From Dendrobates tinctorius (lineage: Eukaryota): a stretch of DNA of 64,000 bases. The position numbers were made by a program, and so were the translations under genes. The stretch is taken from positions 7,998,001 through 8,062,000 of the forward strand of contig NW_027361741.1 of the NCBI RefSeq assembly GCF_039654945.1. Direction: 5' to 3'. The notes beneath the pieces were generated by a model that was given only the letters and a program-made list of their open reading frames with translations, did not search any database and was not told where the DNA came from. This document shows positions 49,401 through 61,515 of this stretch, in pieces; the first letter of the stretch is position 1; each line of letters opens with the position of its first letter.

Positions 49401-52339
49401 GAAATGGATCCGGCCAAGGTACAGGCCATTTATGATTGGGTTCAGCCCACTTCTTTGAAGGCCCTTCAGAAGTTTTTGGGTTTTGCTAATTTTTATCGGA
49501 AATTTATAGCAAAATTTTCTAGTATTGCCAAGCCATTGACTGATCTGACTAAGAAGGGTGCTGATGTGTTGAATTGGTCTCCGGAGGCTGTTTCTTCCTT
49601 TCAGGAGCTGAAGCGAAGATTCACTTCTGCCCCGGTTTTGCGGCAACCTGATGTCTCACTCCCGTTCCAGGTAGAGGTGGATGCTTCTGAGATTGGTGCA
49701 GGAGCTGTTTTGTCCCAAAAGGATCCTGTAACATCTAAAATGAATCCCTGTGATTTCTTTTCCCGAAAGTTCTCCCCATCTGAACGTAACTATGATGTGG
49801 GGAATCGGGAACTGTTGGCCATGAAATGGGCATTTGAGGAGTGGAGACATTGGTTGGAGGGAGCTAAACATCAAGTCGTGGTCCTCACTGACCACAAGAA
49901 TTTGATTTACCTGGAGTTGGACAAACGCTTGAACCCTAGACAGGCTAGATGGGCCTTGTTTTTTACACGTTTTGATTTTGTGGTCTCTTTTCTTCCTGGC
50001 ACTAAGAATGTCAAGGCTGATGCTCTTTCTAGGAGCTTCTTTGCTGATTCTCCTGTGGTGACCAAGCCTGCTACCATCTTAGGCAAAGGGGTAGTTCTTT
50101 CTGCCATCTCGCCCGATTTGAGACATGCTCTGGAAGAGTTCCAGGAGGACAAACCTGAGCGTTGTCCCAGTGGAAAGTTGTATGTTCCTGACCAGTGGAA
50201 GAAGAGAGTGATGTCTGAAGTTCATTGCTCTGCTTTGGCTGGTCATCCAGGTATTTTTGGTACTAGAGATCTGGTGAGTCGGTCTTTTTGGTGGCCCGCC
50301 TTGTCTCGTGATGTCAGGAATTTTGTGCAGTCCTGTGGGACTTGCTCCCGGTCTAAACCTTGTTCTCGCTCTAGTGGGTTGCTGATGCCTTTGCCGGTCC
50401 CCAGGAGGCCATGGACCCATATTTCAATGGATTTCATCTCTGATATGCCTGTCTCTCAGGGAATGACTGTTATTTGGGTGATTTGTGATAGGTTATCTAA
50501 GATGGTTCATCTTGTACCACTCCCTAAGTTGCCATCTTCTTCTGAGTTCGTGCCCCTGTTTTTGCAACAGGTGGTTCGCTTGCACGGGATTCCTGAGAAC
50601 ATTGTATCTGACAGAGGAGTTCAGTTTGTGTCTAGATTTTGGAGGACGTTCTGTTCCAAGCTGGGAATTCAGTTGTCCTTCTCCTCTGCGTTTCACCCTC
50701 AGACCAATGGGCAGACGGAGAGAACAAACCAGACCTTGGAGTCGTATTTGAGATGTTTTATTTCCGCTGATCAGGATGATTGGGTTTCATTTTTGTCCTT
50801 GGCCGAATTTGCTTTAAATAATAGAGCTAGTTCTGCCACTTTGATGTCACCTTTTTTTTGTAACTTTGGGTTTCATCCTCGATTTTCTTCAGGGCAGGTG
50901 GAGCCTTCTGCCTGCCCAGGTGTTGACACTGTGGTGGAGAGAATGCACCAGATCTGGGACCAAATGGTGGATAAGTTATCTCTCTCCCAGGAAAAGGCCC
51001 AGCGGTTTTCCAACCGACATAGGACCGTTGGTCCCCAGTTTAAGGTGGGTGATATGGTTTGGTTATCATCAAAAAATATCGCTATGAAGGTAGCTTCTCC
51101 TAAGTTTAAGCCTAGATTTATTGGGCCTTACAAGATTTTGGAGATCATTAATCCAGTCTCTTTTCGGTTGGCTCTTCCTGTCACATTTAAAATCCATAAT
51201 GTGTTTCATAAGTCCTTCTTTAAGAGGTTTGTTGAACCAGTAGTTGCTGGGGTGGCACCTCCGGACCCTGTATTGGTTGAAGGTAACATGGAATATGAGG
51301 TAGAGAAGATACTGGATTCCCGTCTGGCTAGACGGAGACTCCACTATTTGGTTAAGTGGAAGGGTTATGGTCAGGAGGATAATTCCTGGGTCTCTGCCTC
51401 TGATATTCATGCCAAAAGATTGGTGCGTGCCTTTCATCGGGCTCACCCTGATCGCCCTGGTGGCGTGGATGAGGGTTCGGTGACCCCTCCTCAAGGGGGA
51501 GGTACTGTTATGAGTTCATTTTCCCCTTCACCATTGAGGTCTGATGAACTCCCTCTTCTGGTGAAGGAAGGTAGTGAGGCTGATTACCAAGCACCTGAGC
51601 TGGGAGAGGATGACTGGGCGACGGGGATCTCTGACTGGATATATGGCAGCCGACGCCCTTCCTCCTCGCTGGTGATTTCTCTGTGGAATTCTTCCCTGCT
51701 GGTTCTCTGTGGAATTCTAGGAGACCAGTCTGATTCCTGCTCCTCAAAAGCTAAGTTTTCTGCTTTGCCTTTTTGCATTTGTGTTTTGGTTTTAGTTTGC
51801 CTTGCTTTTCTGGATTCTGCCATTCCCTGCTGGGGTGAGCTGAATTCTTTTTTTGCCGGTTGCTCTGTCTTCAGAAAATACCTGAGTACTGATATAGTCT
51901 TTTTGAAGCCTAGCGTCTTCAGGGCCTTTTTCCCTGTCAGTCTTTTGGCTCTCATTTTCATAGGGTTTTTCGCGGCTTGCAGACAGCAGCTTTCCTATCC
52001 TGTCCTGTTTAGTTAGCTTGGGCCCCATCATTTGCTCAGTCTATCTTTCTATCTGTGTTAGTGTTTTTTCTTCTTGCTTCACCGTCATTATATGTTGGGG
52101 ACTGCCTATTGCTTTGGGGTCTGCTCTGGGGCAGTTTAGATTTCCCTTTCTGTCTTTAGACTAGGCAGTTCTACGGCTGTGATCGAGGGGTCTAGGGCAT
52201 CGTAGGAACCCCCCACGGCTACTGCTAGTTGTTGTTGATAGGTTCAGTGGTCTGCAATCCGATAGCTGCCAACTTCTCTGGTTTTCTGGACTTAACTAGC
52301 ATTTCTGTTTTTGCCTCCTACGGTGACTCATTCATAACA
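46497..52339 (+). mobile_element. Ty3/Gypsy chromovirus (sushi/Tf1 group), full length, copy A
   Basis: 834-bp LTRs 46497-47330 and 51506-52339 (TG..CA). TSD CAATAC. PPT AAGGGGGAGG. Domain order gag-PR-RT-RH-IN-chromodomain. Confidence 0.98.
47451..51644 (+). pseudogene. gag-pol polyprotein of copy A (two frameshifts, one stop)
   Basis: PEG10/RTL-like capsid, CCHC knuckle, VDSGA, YLDD, VDAS..RELLA..TDHKN, integrase (MDF, SDRGVQF, ERTNQ), GPY/F module and chromodomain EYEVEKILDSR..YLVKWKGY. Lesions near 48158, 48201 and 49083. Confidence 0.95.
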
Positions 52340-52353
52340 CAATACCCTGTCAA

Positions 52354-52734
52354 TAAAAAAAGAGAAATTAATCCAGCTCACCGCACTGCCTTGCTGGTAG
52401 GATCCAGATCCTGCGCACGGATTTGACTAGACAGTCAATCAATAATAGGAAAGAAAAAAGAAGTTCCAGTGCCAGGAATGGAAAATTAAAAATCCATTTT
52501 ATTGTGCCATTGCATATTAAAATTCCAGCAGGTGCAGCATATCTGTCGGATGACTACAGAACAATGCGTTTCGACGCCTCAGGTCTTAATCATGATTAAG
52601 ACCTGAGGCGTCGAAACGCGTTGTTCTGTAGTCATCCGACAGATATGCTGTACCTGCTGGAATTTTAATATGCAATGGCACAATAAAATGGATTTTTAAT
52701 TTTCCATTCCTGGCGCTGGAACTTCTTTTTTCTT
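52354..52734. mobile_element. Minimal Penelope-type insertion: 142-bp-arm palindrome centred on a hammerhead-like motif
   Basis: 52451-52592 is the reverse complement of 52593-52734 with no spacer. Motif ATGATTAA-GAC..GTC-GAAACGCGTT. Flanking direct repeat CACAATACCCTGTCAA. Confidence 0.75.
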
Positions 52735-53109
52735 CACAATACCCTGTCAAATCCCTGAGGGGCTAGCCATCATCTAATCCCCAAACTCCCGCCCTAACAA
52801 GGGCAGTCCACAGCTCACCCTAATTGCACATGCCCTGCCCTTTCCCTAAGGGGGTGTCCCAACGCGTTTCATCCAAGTAAAATCTTTAGGGGACTTAACT
52901 TGTAAAGTGCCATAGTGCTATAACTAAAAAGAGATAAATCCTACCACTCTCAATGCTGTCTGCCGACCTTTTATAGGTGTATACATGTAGATAATTAGTT
53001 AACGTAATAAAGTTAATAGAGTACATGATATTCATAGTGTAAATAAAAGTTCTTAATCGTGATTATTTATAAAGTGCAGTATAGTGTATACAGTGCAGTG
53101 TGGATACAT

Positions 53110-53252
53110 GCAATACATAAAAAAGACAAGAGAATTCCGATGGTGACTACTTTCTGTGAGGAAAGTGAAGCTATTGTTAAAATCGTTACACATCACTCGC
53201 CCATGTTGGGTAAATGTCTGCCCAATGTTGAGGAGTATCAATCTGCTCCATT
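53110..53252 (+). pseudogene. Penelope RT-to-endonuclease linker fragment
   Basis: KRIPMVTTFCEESEAIVKIVTHHSPML..L resembles the RIP-x-VTTF...I..HW..L linker of PLEs. Confidence 0.5.
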
Positions 53253-53253
53253 A

Positions 53254-53480
53254 ATCTACTTTATAATTGTCTTATTCTGTCTGTCTGTCACCGAAATCCT
53301 GCTTCGCTAAATGGTCGCGGCCAATCAGCGTCAGGCGCAGCTGTTTGTAACTGTAAGCTGCGCCTGCTGCTGATTGGTCACGGCCTAGATGGTGGCCGGC
53401 CGCGACCAATCAGAGATAGGCGGGATTTCCGTTACTAACAGCGAGACAGACAGACAGAATTAGATGATTATAAAGTAGAT
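53254..53480. mobile_element. Foldback MITE
   Basis: ATCTACTTTATAAT...ATTATAAAGTAGAT termini, with (CTGT)n/(ACAG)n subterminal repeats. Confidence 0.7.
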
Positions 53481-53501
53481 ACACGTCTGTATCAGGAGAA
53501 A

Positions 53502-54595
53502 TCTAATATATAAAGCTCAATGTTGGTGTGTATGTATGTATGTATGTATGTATGTATGTTCGTGATTGGCATCTGCACCTTCGCAGCTACAGCCACAAAA
53601 TTTGGCACAGTCACACATCTGGACTCCGAGAGCGTCAAAGGCTATGTTGTGAGGCGATATTTTAATCCCACGCGTTCCAATTCACCTAACAATTTTGCCC
53701 CTATCTACATAATGGGGCACAAGTGTATGTATGTATTGGCATCTGCACCGTCGTAGCTACAGCCACAAAATTTGGCACAGTCACACGTCATAGGCTATGT
53801 TGTGAGGCGAAATTTTAACCCCGCGCGTTCCAATTCACCAAACAATTTTGCCCCTATCTACATAATGGGGAAAAAGTGAAAAGAAAAGTGTTGGAGGCAA
53901 ATTGACAGCTGCCAGATTTGAACAAGGGGGACTTAAAGACATGGGATACTCACCACACACGGGGATATGAACACACACACAAAATGCGCCACACACTACC
54001 ACGTACTTCAACACATATACCACCCTCAGCACACATTTCACCACACATACACCAACCTCGCCACATAAAAGTCAAAACACAAAAATCGCCACTCAAAACT
54101 CGGCACGCTGTCCCAGAGCTGTTTAACAGATGAAAAATGAGCTGTGATTGGTTGCTATCAGCAACAGTTTTCTTTGTAGACAGTTGTGGTAACTGAGGCC
54201 TATTATTCTTATCATTTCTATGGTGTTATTGTCCTTCTGTAAAGCTGGAAATACCACAATTTATTACCGTGCCAACACAGACCACCCTCTGACACGGACT
54301 GCAGGGGGAGCCCAGTATCACACAGGATAGGATTAGATACACGGCTCAGCAGTCAGTATCACACAGGATAGGATTAGATACACAGCTCAGCAGTCAGTAT
54401 CACACAGGAGAGGATTAGACACATGGCTCAGCAGGCAATATCACACAGGATAAGATTAGATACACAGCTCAGCAGTCAGTATCACACAGGAGAGGATTAG
54501 ATGCACGGTTTTTATGTGCAATATAATCATTATAACTTGTTATAACTAACCACAGTTGGTCACTATGCCCAGGCAACGCCGGGCTCTTCAGCAAG
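53502..54595 (+). mobile_element. Non-autonomous Helitron
   Basis: 5' TCTAATATATAAA followed by (TATG)n. 3' hairpin GCCCAGGCAACGCCGGGC then CAAG (CTAG variant). Inserted between A and T with no TSD. Confidence 0.8.
54315..54510. repeat. 41-bp minisatellite CAGTATCACACAGGATAGGATTAGATACACAGCTCAGCAGT
   Basis: About 5 tandem units. Confidence 0.9.
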
Positions 54596-55017
54596 TATAT
54601 ATATACACATACACGTCTGTATGAGGAGAAATATATATACACATCTGTTGTGAATTCGCTTTCTGGCCTACCTCTGGTTACTAGTGAAGGTAATGGAGCT
54701 GGTTATATTGACAGAGGGGTCATGAGTTCTCTTTCTGGGCTCCCTCTAGTGGTTACCAGAGGTAATGGAGCTGATCTGATTGACAGAGGCTTGCCACCTG
54801 ATAATGAGGAGGACGATTGGATAGGATGATTGGAGATCTGGAGTTTCTGACTGGATTTGAGACAGCCGACTCCCTCTATCCCTGCTGGTGATTTTTTCCT
54901 GCCTCCTGAGGTCTTAGTTTCCAGCTCAGTCCCTGCAAGCTCAGCTAAGTGTTCTTTTGCTATTGTTGACATTTGATTTGGTTTTGTCTATTTCAGTTTT
55001 GTGTGCTCAGCCAGCTC

Positions 55018-58000
55018 TGTTATGATTGAGTCACCGTAGGAGGCAAAAATAGAAATGCAAGCTAAGTCCAGAAAACCAGAGAAGTTGGCAGCTATCGGAT
55101 TGCAGACCCCTGAACCTATCAACACAACTAGCAGTAGCCGTGGGGGGCTCCTACGATGCCCTAGGCCCCTCGATCACAGCCGGAGGACTACATAGCCTAA
55201 AGACAGAAAGGGAAATCTAAACTGCCCCAGAGCAGACCCCCAAAGCAAAAGGCAGCCCCCCACATATAATGACGGTGAAGCAAGAAGAAAGAACAAAACA
55301 CAGACAGAAAGATAGACTGAGCAAAGATGGGGCCCACGCTAGCTTAGATAGGTAAGGACAGGAAGGCTGCTGTCTGCAATCCGTGAAAAAACCCTATGAA
55401 AATAAGAGCCAACAAACTGACAGTAAAAAAGGCCCTGAAGATGCTAGGCTTCAAAAAAGCTATGTCAGTACTCAGGAATATTCTGAAGACAGAGCAACAG
55501 GCAAAAGGAGATTCAGCTCACCCCAGCAGGGAATGGCAGAATCCAGAAAAGCAAGGAAAACAAAACACTAATGCAAAAAGGCAAAGCAGAAATCTTAGCT
55601 TTAGATGAGCAGGAATTATGAGCAGCCTTATATCCAGTCATTAACTCCAATCAGCCAGTCATCATCATCAGCCCCAGGTGTTTGACAATCAGGCTCACTA
55701 CCTTTCTTCACCAGAAGAGGGAGTTCCTCGGGCCTCAGTAGTGAAGGAGAAAATGAACTCACAACAGTACCTCCCCCTTGAGGAGGGGTCACCGAACCCT
55801 CAACCACGCCACCAGGGCGATCAGGGTGAGCCCGATGAAAGGCACGCACCAATCTTTTGGCATGAATATCAGAGGCAGAGACCCAGGAATTATCCTCCTG
55901 ACCATAACCCTTCCACTTAACCAAATACTGGAGTCTCCGTCTAGCCAGACGGGAATCCAGTACTTTCTCTACCTCATATTCCATGTTACCTTCAACCAAT
56001 ACAGGGTCTGGAGGTACAGCCCCCGGAACAACAGGTTAAACAAACCTCTTCAACAAAGATTTATGGAACACATTATGAATTTTAAATGTGACAGGAAGAG
56101 CCAAACGAAAAGAGACCGGATTAATAATTTCCATAATCTTGTAAGGTCCAATAAATCTAGGCTTAAACTTAGGAGAAGCCACCTTCATAGCAATATTTTT
56201 TGATGATAACCACACCATATCACCAACCTTAAATTGGGGACCAATGGTCCTATGTCGGTTGGAAAACCGCTGGGCCTTTTCCTGGGAGAGAGATAACTTA
56301 TCCACCACTTGGTCCCAGATCTGGTGCATTCTCTCCACCACAGTGTCAACCCCTGGGCAGGCAGAGGGCTCCACCTGCCCTGAAGAAAATCGAGGATGAA
56401 ACCCAAAGTTACAAAAAAAAGGAGACATCAAAGTGGCAGAACTAGCTCTATTATTTAAAGCAAATTCGGCCAAGGGCAAAAATGAAACCCAATCATCCTG
56501 ATCAGCAGAAATAAAACATCTCAAATATGACTCCAAGGTCTGGTTTGTTCTCTCTGTCTGCCCATTGATCTGAGGGTGAAAAGCAGAGGAGAAGGACAAC
56601 TGAATTCACAGCTTGGAACAGAAAGTTCTCCAAAATCTAGACACAAACTGGACTCCTCTGTCAGATACAATGTTCTCAGGAATCCCGTGCAAGCGAACCA
56701 CCTGTTGTAAAAACAGGGGCACCAATTCAGAGGAAGACGGCAACTTAGGGAGTGGTACAAGATGAACCATCTTAGAGAACCTATCACAAATCACCCAAAT
56801 AACAGTCATCCTTTGAGAGACAGGCATATCAGAGATGAAATCCATTGAAATATGGGTCCATGGCCTCTTGGGGACAGGCAAAGGCATCAACAACCCACTA
56901 GAGCGAGAACACGATTTAGACCGGGAGCACGTCCCACAGGACTGCACAAAATTCCTGACATCACGAGACAAGGAGGGCCACCAAAAAGACCGACTCACCA
57001 GATCTCTAGTACCAAAAATACCTGGATGACCAGCCAAAGCAGAGCAATGAACTTCAGACATCACTCTCTTCTTCCACTGGTCAGGAACATACAACTTTCC
57101 ACTGGGACAACGCTCAGGTTTGTCCTCCTGGAACTCTTCCAGAGCACGTCTCAAATCGGGCGAGATGGCAGAAAGAACTACCCCTTCGCCTAAGATGGTA
57201 GCAGGCTTGGTCACCACAGGAGAATCAGCAAAGAAGCTCCTAGTGAGGGCGTCAGCCTTGACATTCTTAGTTCCAGGAAGAAAAGAAACCACAAAATCAA
57301 AACGTGTAAAAAACAAGGCCCACCTAGCCTGTCTAGGGTTCAAGCGCTTAGCCGACTCTAGGTAAATCAAATTCTTGTGGTCAGTGAGGACCACGACTTC
57401 ATGCTTAGCTCCCTCCAAACAATGTCTCCACTCCTCAAATGCCCATTTCATGGCTAACAGTTCCCGATTCCCCACATCACAGTTACGTTCAGATGGAGAG
57501 AACTTTCGGGAAAAGAAAGCACAGGGATTCATTTTAGATGTTACAGGATCCTTTTGGGACAAAACAGCTCCTGCACCAATCTCAGAAGCATCCACCTCTA
57601 CCTGGAATGGAAGTGAGACATCAGGTTGCCGCAAAACCGGGGCGGAGGTGAATCTTCGCTTCAGCTCCTGAAAGGAAGAAACAGCCTCCGGAGACCAATT
57701 TAACACATCAGCACCCTTCTTAGTCAAATCAGTCAATGGCTTGGCAATACTAGAAAATTTTGCTATAAATTTCCGATAAAAATTAGCAAAACCCAAAAAC
57801 TTCTGGAGGGCCTTCAAAGAAGTGGGCTGAACCCAATCGTAAATGGCCTGTACCTTGGCCGGGTCCATTTCAATAGTTGACGGGGACAAAATAAATCCCA
57901 AAAAAGAAATCCTCTGTACTCCAAAAAGGCATTTAGATCCTTGACATACAGGGAATTCTCCCTCAAGATCCGGAACACAGTCCGAATATGTTCCACATGA

Positions 58001-60727
58001 GAATCCCAATCCTTGGAGAAGATCAAAATATCATCCAGATAGATAATCAAAAATTTATCGACAAAATCTCGGAAAATATCGTTCATGAAGCACTGGAAGA
58101 CAGAAGGGTCATTATTGAGCCCAAAAGGCATCACCAGGTACTCAAAATGTCCCTCCGGAGTATTAAACGCCGTCTTCCATTCATCCCCATGCTTAATGCG
58201 AATAAGATTATACGCCCCCCTATGGTCAAGCTTGGTAAACCAGCAAGCACCTTTAACTCTGGAGAATAGATCAGAAATCAGGGGTAACGGATACTGATAT
58301 TTAACAGTAATTTTGTTGAGAGCACGATAATCAATACAAGGTCTTAATGATCCATCCTTTTTGGCTACAAAAAAAACCCGGCACCTAAGGGTGACGAGGA
58401 TGGTCTAATATGACCCTTCTCCAACGCCTCCTTAATATAGGATCGCATAGCTTCGTGCTCGGGTACAGATAAATTGAAGAGCCGACCCTTGGGAAATTTA
58501 CACCCCGGGCTCAGTTCAATAGCACAGTCATAACTCCTATGAGGAGGCAGAGACGCAGACTCATTCTCACTAAATACATCATAAAAGTCCGCCAAATAAT
58601 CAGGAACATCATGCGACTGAGGAGAGGTGGAAAACACCGGAGCCTCACTAAAGGCACACCGACAACCCCAACTCACCACAGACACAGATTTCCAATCCAA
58701 AACTGGATTATGAATTTGTAACCAGGGAAACCCCAGAACAATAGTATCATGCAGATTATGTAACACCAAAAACCTGCAATTTTCTTGATGGTCTGGGGCG
58801 ACACGCATTACCACCTGGGTCCAAAACTGAGGTTTATTTTTAGCCAAAGGAGTAGCATCAATCCCCCTCAAAGGGATAGGCGTCTGCAGAGGTGTCATTG
58901 GAAACCCACAACGTTTAGCAAAATCCAAGTCCATTAGGTTTAGAGCTGCTCCCGAATCCACAAAAGCCTTGGCGGAAAATGTGGACAGGGAGCAGATCAG
59001 AGTAATAGCCTGAAGAAACTTAGGTTGAACACAACCAACAGAAAACGTGTGTGCAAAGCGTTTCTCGCGTTTAGGACAGACAGAAATAATATGCGAGGCA
59101 TCTCCACAGAAAAAACACAACTTATTACGCCTTCTGAACTCCTGACGCTGCTCTCTGGAAAAAACTCTATCACATTGCATAGGTTCAGACATCTGTTCAA
59201 CAGGTGGCAACACCTCTCGTGCAGCTCTGCGTTCGCGTAAACGCCGATCAACCTGAATGGCTAAAGACATAGAATCGTCAAGACCAGAGGGAACAGGAAA
59301 TCCCACCATAGTATCTTTTATGGCTTCTGACAACCCCTTCCGAAAGAGAGCAGCCAAGGCATTATCATTCCAGGTAGTAAGTACTGCCCACTTTCGGAAT
59401 TTTTGACAGTACAATTCTGCAGAATCACGACCCTGGTTCAATGCCAGCAGGGTCTTTTCAGCCTGATCAATGGCATTAGGTTCGTCATACAACAACCCCA
59501 AGGCCTGAAAAAATGCGTTCACATTAGTCAGAATAGGATCATCTGGTTTCAAAGATCGCCACGCAGCAAAGAGATGACAATTTTAACCTGCTGCGCGGAG
59601 CTCCCTGACGAGTTAGGCTTCAAGGCAAAAAATAATTTACAATTATTTTTGAAATTCAAAAATTTAGACCGATCCCCAAAAAATACATCAGGTGTAGGAA
59701 TCTTTGGTTCAGCAGCATGTGAATGAGCAAGGTAGGTGGAAATTCCCCGCACTTCCGCAGCGAGCTGCTCCACACGATCAGACAATTGCTTTATCTCCAT
59801 TGAGAGAAAAAAAAATTCCCCCTACGGCCTCAGAGATATAGAGGAAAAAATATACACACTTTTTTTTTTTTAATACAATTCTTTCCTGCTATTGAGTACC
59901 CTAGAATCTGCGGTATGGCGGGTGATTCTGTTATGATTGAGTCACCGTAGGAGGCAAAAATAGAAATGCAAGCTAAGTCCAGAAAACCAGAGAAGTTGGC
60001 AGCTATCGGATTGCAGACCCCTGAACCTATCAACACAACTAGCAGTAGCCGTGGGGGGCTCCTACGATGCCCTAGGCCCCTCGATCACAGCCGGAGGACT
60101 ACATAGCCTAAAGACAGAAAGGGAAATCTAAACTGCCCCAGAGCAGAACCCAAAGCAAAAGGCAGCCCCCCACATAAAATGACGGTGAAGCAAGAAGAAA
60201 GAACAAAACACAGACAGAAAGATAGACTGAGCAAAGCTGGGGCCCACGCTAGCTTAGATAAGAGAGGACAGGAAGGCTGCTGTCTGCAATCCGTGAAAAA
60301 ACCCTATGAAAATAAGAGCCAACAAACTGACAGTAAAAAAGGCCCTGAAGACGCTTGGCTTCAAAAAAGCTATGTCAGTACTCAGGAATATTTTGAAGAC
60401 AGAGCAACAGGCAAAAGGAGATTCAGCTCACCCCAGCAGGGAATGGCAGAATCCAGAAAAGCAAGGAAAACAAAACACTAATGCAAAAAGGCAAAGCAGA
60501 AATCTTAGCTTTAGATGAGCAGGAATCAGACTGGTTTCCTAGAAGTCCACAGAGAACTCACCCGAAGGCCAGAAGGGCGTCGGCAGCCTTATATCCAGTC
60601 ATTAACTCCACTCAGCCAGTCATCATCATCATCCCCAGGTGTTTGACAATCAGGCTCACTACCTTTCTTCACCAGAAGAGGGAGTTCCTCGGGCCTCAGT
60701 AGTGAAGGGGAAAATGAACTCACAACA
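55018..60727 (-). mobile_element. Ty3/Gypsy chromovirus, full length, copy B
   Basis: 5' LTR 60727-59929; 3' LTR 55766-55018 (~50-bp deletion). TSD CAGCTC. Same protein domains as copy A. Confidence 0.98.
55628..59800 (-). pseudogene. gag-pol polyprotein of copy B (several lesions)
   Basis: ORF pieces 59800-59549, 59552-58365, 58134-57814, 58009-56606, 56599-56036 and 55999-55628 are collinear with copy A. Confidence 0.95.
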
Positions 60728-61515
60728 CAGCTCCGGCTGGGACTGTGCTGAATCTCCATCCATATGTTACTGCTTGTGCCAGTTTATTTTTGCCCCTTAT
60801 TAGATTGGCCTCTTTTGCGCTGCTTTCAGAATATACCAGAGTGCTGAAATAGGTGGCAAAGTCATGCGACTTCAGTATTTTTCTATCAGACGTGTTGGAC
60901 ATTTTTGCAGGGTTTTTTGCGTGATTGCAGACAGTGTCTTTCCTTTCCTGTCCTGTCTAGTTAGTGTGGGCCCCATTGCTTGCTCAGTCTATTTTCCTAC
61001 CTGCGTTTTTGCTTTCATCTTGTCTCACCGACAATATATGTTTAGGGGCTATCTATTCCTTTGGGGTCTGCTCTGGGGCAGTTTAGATTTCCCCTTTCTT
61101 GCTTTAGGCTTATTTAGCTCTCTGGCTTTGTCGAAGCGTCTAGGATCATCGTAGGTACGCTCCACGGCTACTGCTAGTTGTGTGGATAGGATCGGGGGTC
61201 TGCAATCTGCTTAGTTGCAAACCTCTCTGAGTTTTTATATTGAAGGGAAAAGGGGAATTGTATTGTAAACGCATGAGACTCATGTGGTTTTTTTTGGGGG
61301 GGTTTTGGGGTTTTTTGTGTGTTTTTTTGGGTTTTTTTTGTGTCTCAAGCGTTTTCAATTCTATAATATATACTGGGTCGGTTGCCTTTACATGTAGATG
61401 GTTTGACGGTACTCTTTGGTTTATTTGCGGTTCACATTGAGTTAATTTATCAGGTGCATACTGATTTGTCTTCAGTTCCTAGCGCAGGATATATGGTTGG
61501 GAATTTTTAGTATGT

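Larger units (their letters stand above)
54646..61230 (+). mobile_element. Solo/truncated LTR (54646-55017 plus 60734-61230) of a related chromovirus family, split by copy B
   Basis: Starts TGTTGTGAA. The distal half is closely similar to the solo LTR at 18100-18540. Confidence 0.8.

Noticed and set aside
51645-52016. Env-like transmembrane extension on Pol
   Set aside because: It exists only because TAA became TAT in this LTR; the 5' LTR and copy B keep the stop.
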